In this document: one piece after another, positions 37,773-38,404 of the stretch
How the letters are laid out: the number at the start of each line of letters is the position of its first letter
Numbering within the stretch: the first letter of the stretch is position 1
The notes under the pieces: model-generated
The model's input: only the letters and a program-made list of their open reading frames with translations
Told to the model about the DNA's origin: nothing
Database searches by the model: none
Translations under genes and position numbers: made by a program
Source: Pseudomonadota bacterium
GTDB lineage: Bacteria > Bdellovibrionota_B > Oligoflexia > Oligoflexales > CAIYRB01
Direction: 5' to 3'
DNA: 38,404 bases
Assembly (NCBI GenBank): GCA_031416315.1
Contig: JANOTL010000204.1
Span: forward strand, 1-38,404

Positions 37773-38404
37773 ATGCGTCACGTCCTCATCGCAACCGCCC
37801 TGGTCCTCGCATCCGCGCCGGCCCAGGCGCAAGGCAAGAAGGCGTTCGCGATGGAGAGCAGCGGCAGCAGCGACCGCACTTTCCTCGCCTCCTACACCGT
37901 GCTCAACGTGAACCCGTCGGAGATGACGGCCCACTTCGAGCTGAACTTGGGCGGTCTCGGCGCCATCGCCCTCGAAGGCGGCGTCCAGGGCAGATACCAG
38001 CATTTCAGCGACAAGACGGTTCTGGAGACCGGCGAGTCGCTCGAGAGCGAGGCCAAAGGCATCGCGCTCCTCGTCGCCCGCTACACCGACGGCCCGACCA
38101 TGAGCGGCTTCTTCTGGGCCTTAGGCCTCGGCTACCGCCAGGTCGACGCAAAGTGGGCGGTGAAACCAGAGGCAAATGACCCAGACCTCGGCGAGAACGT
38201 CGACATGAGCCTCTTAGACACCTCCGAGCGTTTGAACCATGCCGGTACGATCAAAGGCAACACCGGCCACTTCCGCGTCGGCTACCGCTACACCGCCAAC
38301 GAGTGGCCCATCCTGATCGGCGCCTACCTCGGCGTCCGCCATTTCGCGGGCACAGTTGCCGACACGCAGCCGGACAGCCAGGTCCAGGACGAGGGCGACG
38401 GCTC
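37773..38404 (+). CDS. Predicted outer-membrane beta-barrel protein (truncated by window end; absent from the ORF track)
   Basis: GGAGG RBS, ATG at 37773, open to the window end: MRHVLIATALVLASAPAQA signal peptide, then strands such as LVARY, GFFWALGLGYRQ and FRVGYRY. Confidence 0.75.
   Translation, partial: MRHVLIATALVLASAPAQAQGKKAFAMESSGSSDRTFLASYTVLNVNPSEMTAHFELNLGGLGAIALEGGVQGRYQHFSDKTVLETGESLESEAKGIALLVARYTDGPTMSGFFWALGLGYRQVDAKWAVKPEANDPDLGENVDMSLLDTSERLNHAGTIKGNTGHFRVGYRYTANEWPILIGAYLGVRHFAGTVADTQPDSQVQDEGDG

Overview
A gene-dense, GC-rich bacterial chromosomal segment (about two-thirds G+C by eye) with about 32 CDSs. I saw no rRNA, tRNA, CRISPR array, integrase or transposase. Recognisable genes are acnA, ribD coupled to a small dCMP-type deaminase, a GT2 glycosyltransferase, a CHASE2-SpoIIE/PP2C phosphatase, the alpha-2-macroglobulin + pbpC pair, a HAD hydrolase, a secreted Bcp peroxiredoxin, a CDF metal exporter and a GDPD + lysophospholipase pair. 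Nearly half the genes encode exported or lipid-anchored proteins of unclear function, which suggests a Bdellovibrionota/Oligoflexia- or Myxococcota-like host (inference only). The most unusual items are: (1) a secreted TPR-like protein ending in a FrpC-type self-processing ('clip-and-link') module whose scissile Asp-Pro is replaced by Thr-Pro; (2) an in-frame cNMP-sensor/EEP-nuclease gene pair with a degenerate phosphate-binding cassette; (3) an OM barrel-lipoprotein-DUF4331 operon; (4) sharp G-to-C skew flips at convergent gene junctions that may be codon-embedded Rho-loading sites; (5) a long two-state hairpin upstream of the macroglobulin gene; (6) two sigma-54 promoters in front of lipoprotein operons. 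All family calls come from motif recognition by eye, not database searches.
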